A program made the translations under genes and the position numbers. The notes under the pieces are model-generated. The model had not been told where the DNA came from, made no database searches, and saw only the letters and a list, made by a program, of their open reading frames with translations. This document shows positions 62,783 to 64,000 of a stretch of DNA of 64,000 nt, in pieces. This DNA is from Auanema rhodensis (lineage: Eukaryota > Animalia > Nematoda): assembly GCA_964057225.1 (NCBI GenBank), contig OZ059895.1, positions 15,562,001 to 15,626,000 of the forward strand, given 5' to 3'. How positions within the stretch are numbered: the stretch's first letter is position 1; each line of letters opens with the position of its first letter.

Positions 62783-64000
62783 GTAAGTTCTATCACTCGA
62801 TTCTTGTCTTTCTTCCAATTATATATTTAAAATCTGAAACTTGTATGTTAAAATAGATATTTTTCAAGAAATAATACTAATAAGAATTTAAAAATACAAT
62901 TAAAATTGCTGGTAAACATAAGAGATATTGAAAATTTGGTTCTAGTGCAAAGGATGATTTCGAAGAATTTTAATTTGTCTTTCTGCATCAAACAGTCGTG
63001 CAAAATTTGAAAAAAAAAAGAGAAAAAGAAGAAGAAGAAGAAGACGAATTATTCTTTCTTGTTAGCTCAGGTAGTAAATGAAGCTGAGAAGATGATGAAA
63101 AAGATCGAGAATGAGAGTCATAAATACATTAAGTCATCATGCTAATCTGTCAGAATATGTGACAACTTGCCTCCATCTTTACCCATTTCCAATAATCAAA
63201 AGTTCCTTAGGTGCTTAGGAAGTAAATTTTTAATAATATTCTGAGGAAAAGTGCTATATATTGCGTTGTATGAATGATGAGAGATTTCTGTGATTTTTAA
63301 TGTTTTCTTGTTATTTGCTTTCTTATTATTTTTGATTGCGGGGGGAAAAAGGAGTAAAAAATAGTTTACTACTTGGCTGAAGAAAGCATGTCACACGTTG
63401 TATAAGCATGTGCCTATTTCTTATTTGGGGCTTGAATTCTACAACTATCAGTACAGCTGTCAATTTCCATTTATGGCTCATAAAACTCATCCAAATATAT
63501 TAGAAGATAAAATAGATGAAGCTATTCATTCTAATATAAATAACTATTTTTACATTTAATGTGAACGAGTTATATATCATGTGCTATTTAGGTTGAGAAA
63601 GCTTCTCGTTCATTCGTTAGGTGAGTAGACCAGAGCACCAATGATATAAAGACACAAAAAAGAGAGGAATGAGGAAGTGATAATGAGTAAGAGGGAGTGC
63701 GGAAAATTTAAAAGGTTTACGGATGGGAATGATAGATGGAGATGTGAGAGACGGAGAGTTAAATGAATGCAACAGGTCTGCGCTACTTCACTGCTAGAGA
63801 ATGTGCTCTGATTTCACGTGTGGTGTATGCTATGCTCGTTCACGCCTCACGTGAAATACGTGATTGAATTTCATGTGAATAATACAGTATACCTGTAATC
63901 GTGGATGGTGTATGTGTGTGTGTGTGTGTATGCTGGTAAAAGATAGAGCATGAATGAGAGAATAGAGAGAAATATTGAAGGAAAAGTAAGTTTTTTATAT

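Overview
AT-rich eukaryotic genomic DNA with very short (~39-55 nt) GT-AG introns, TTTCAG-type acceptors and trans-splice acceptors just upstream of start codons, so it is a rhabditid (clade V-like) nematode; the species cannot be fixed from this window. Left to right: two tandem secreted DB-module genes (the first apparently cut by a foreign insertion at the window edge); a cluster of srt-type chemoreceptors (3 intact, 1 frameshifted half-copy) with a duplicated E-box-rich element and a hairpin-seeded 30-bp minisatellite; a Tyr/Arg/Ser-rich gene of unknown function; a ~14-kb gene-poor stretch full of (CT)n/(GA)n repeats; arrd-17; a mariner relic; a dense minus-strand housekeeping block (yju-2 > taf-11 > rab-33 > RAD51 paralog > hus-1 with operon spacing, then mlc-5 > taf-9); a 68-aa single-TM microprotein; nmy-2 (~41 tiny introns); slc-30a9; a ShKT-(AG)14-ShKT secreted protein; a ~92-aa single-TM protein; and the first exon of pbo-1/CHP. 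Gene models were spliced by hand, so some boundaries may be off by a few bases. Gene names come from recalled protein sequences, not from database searches.
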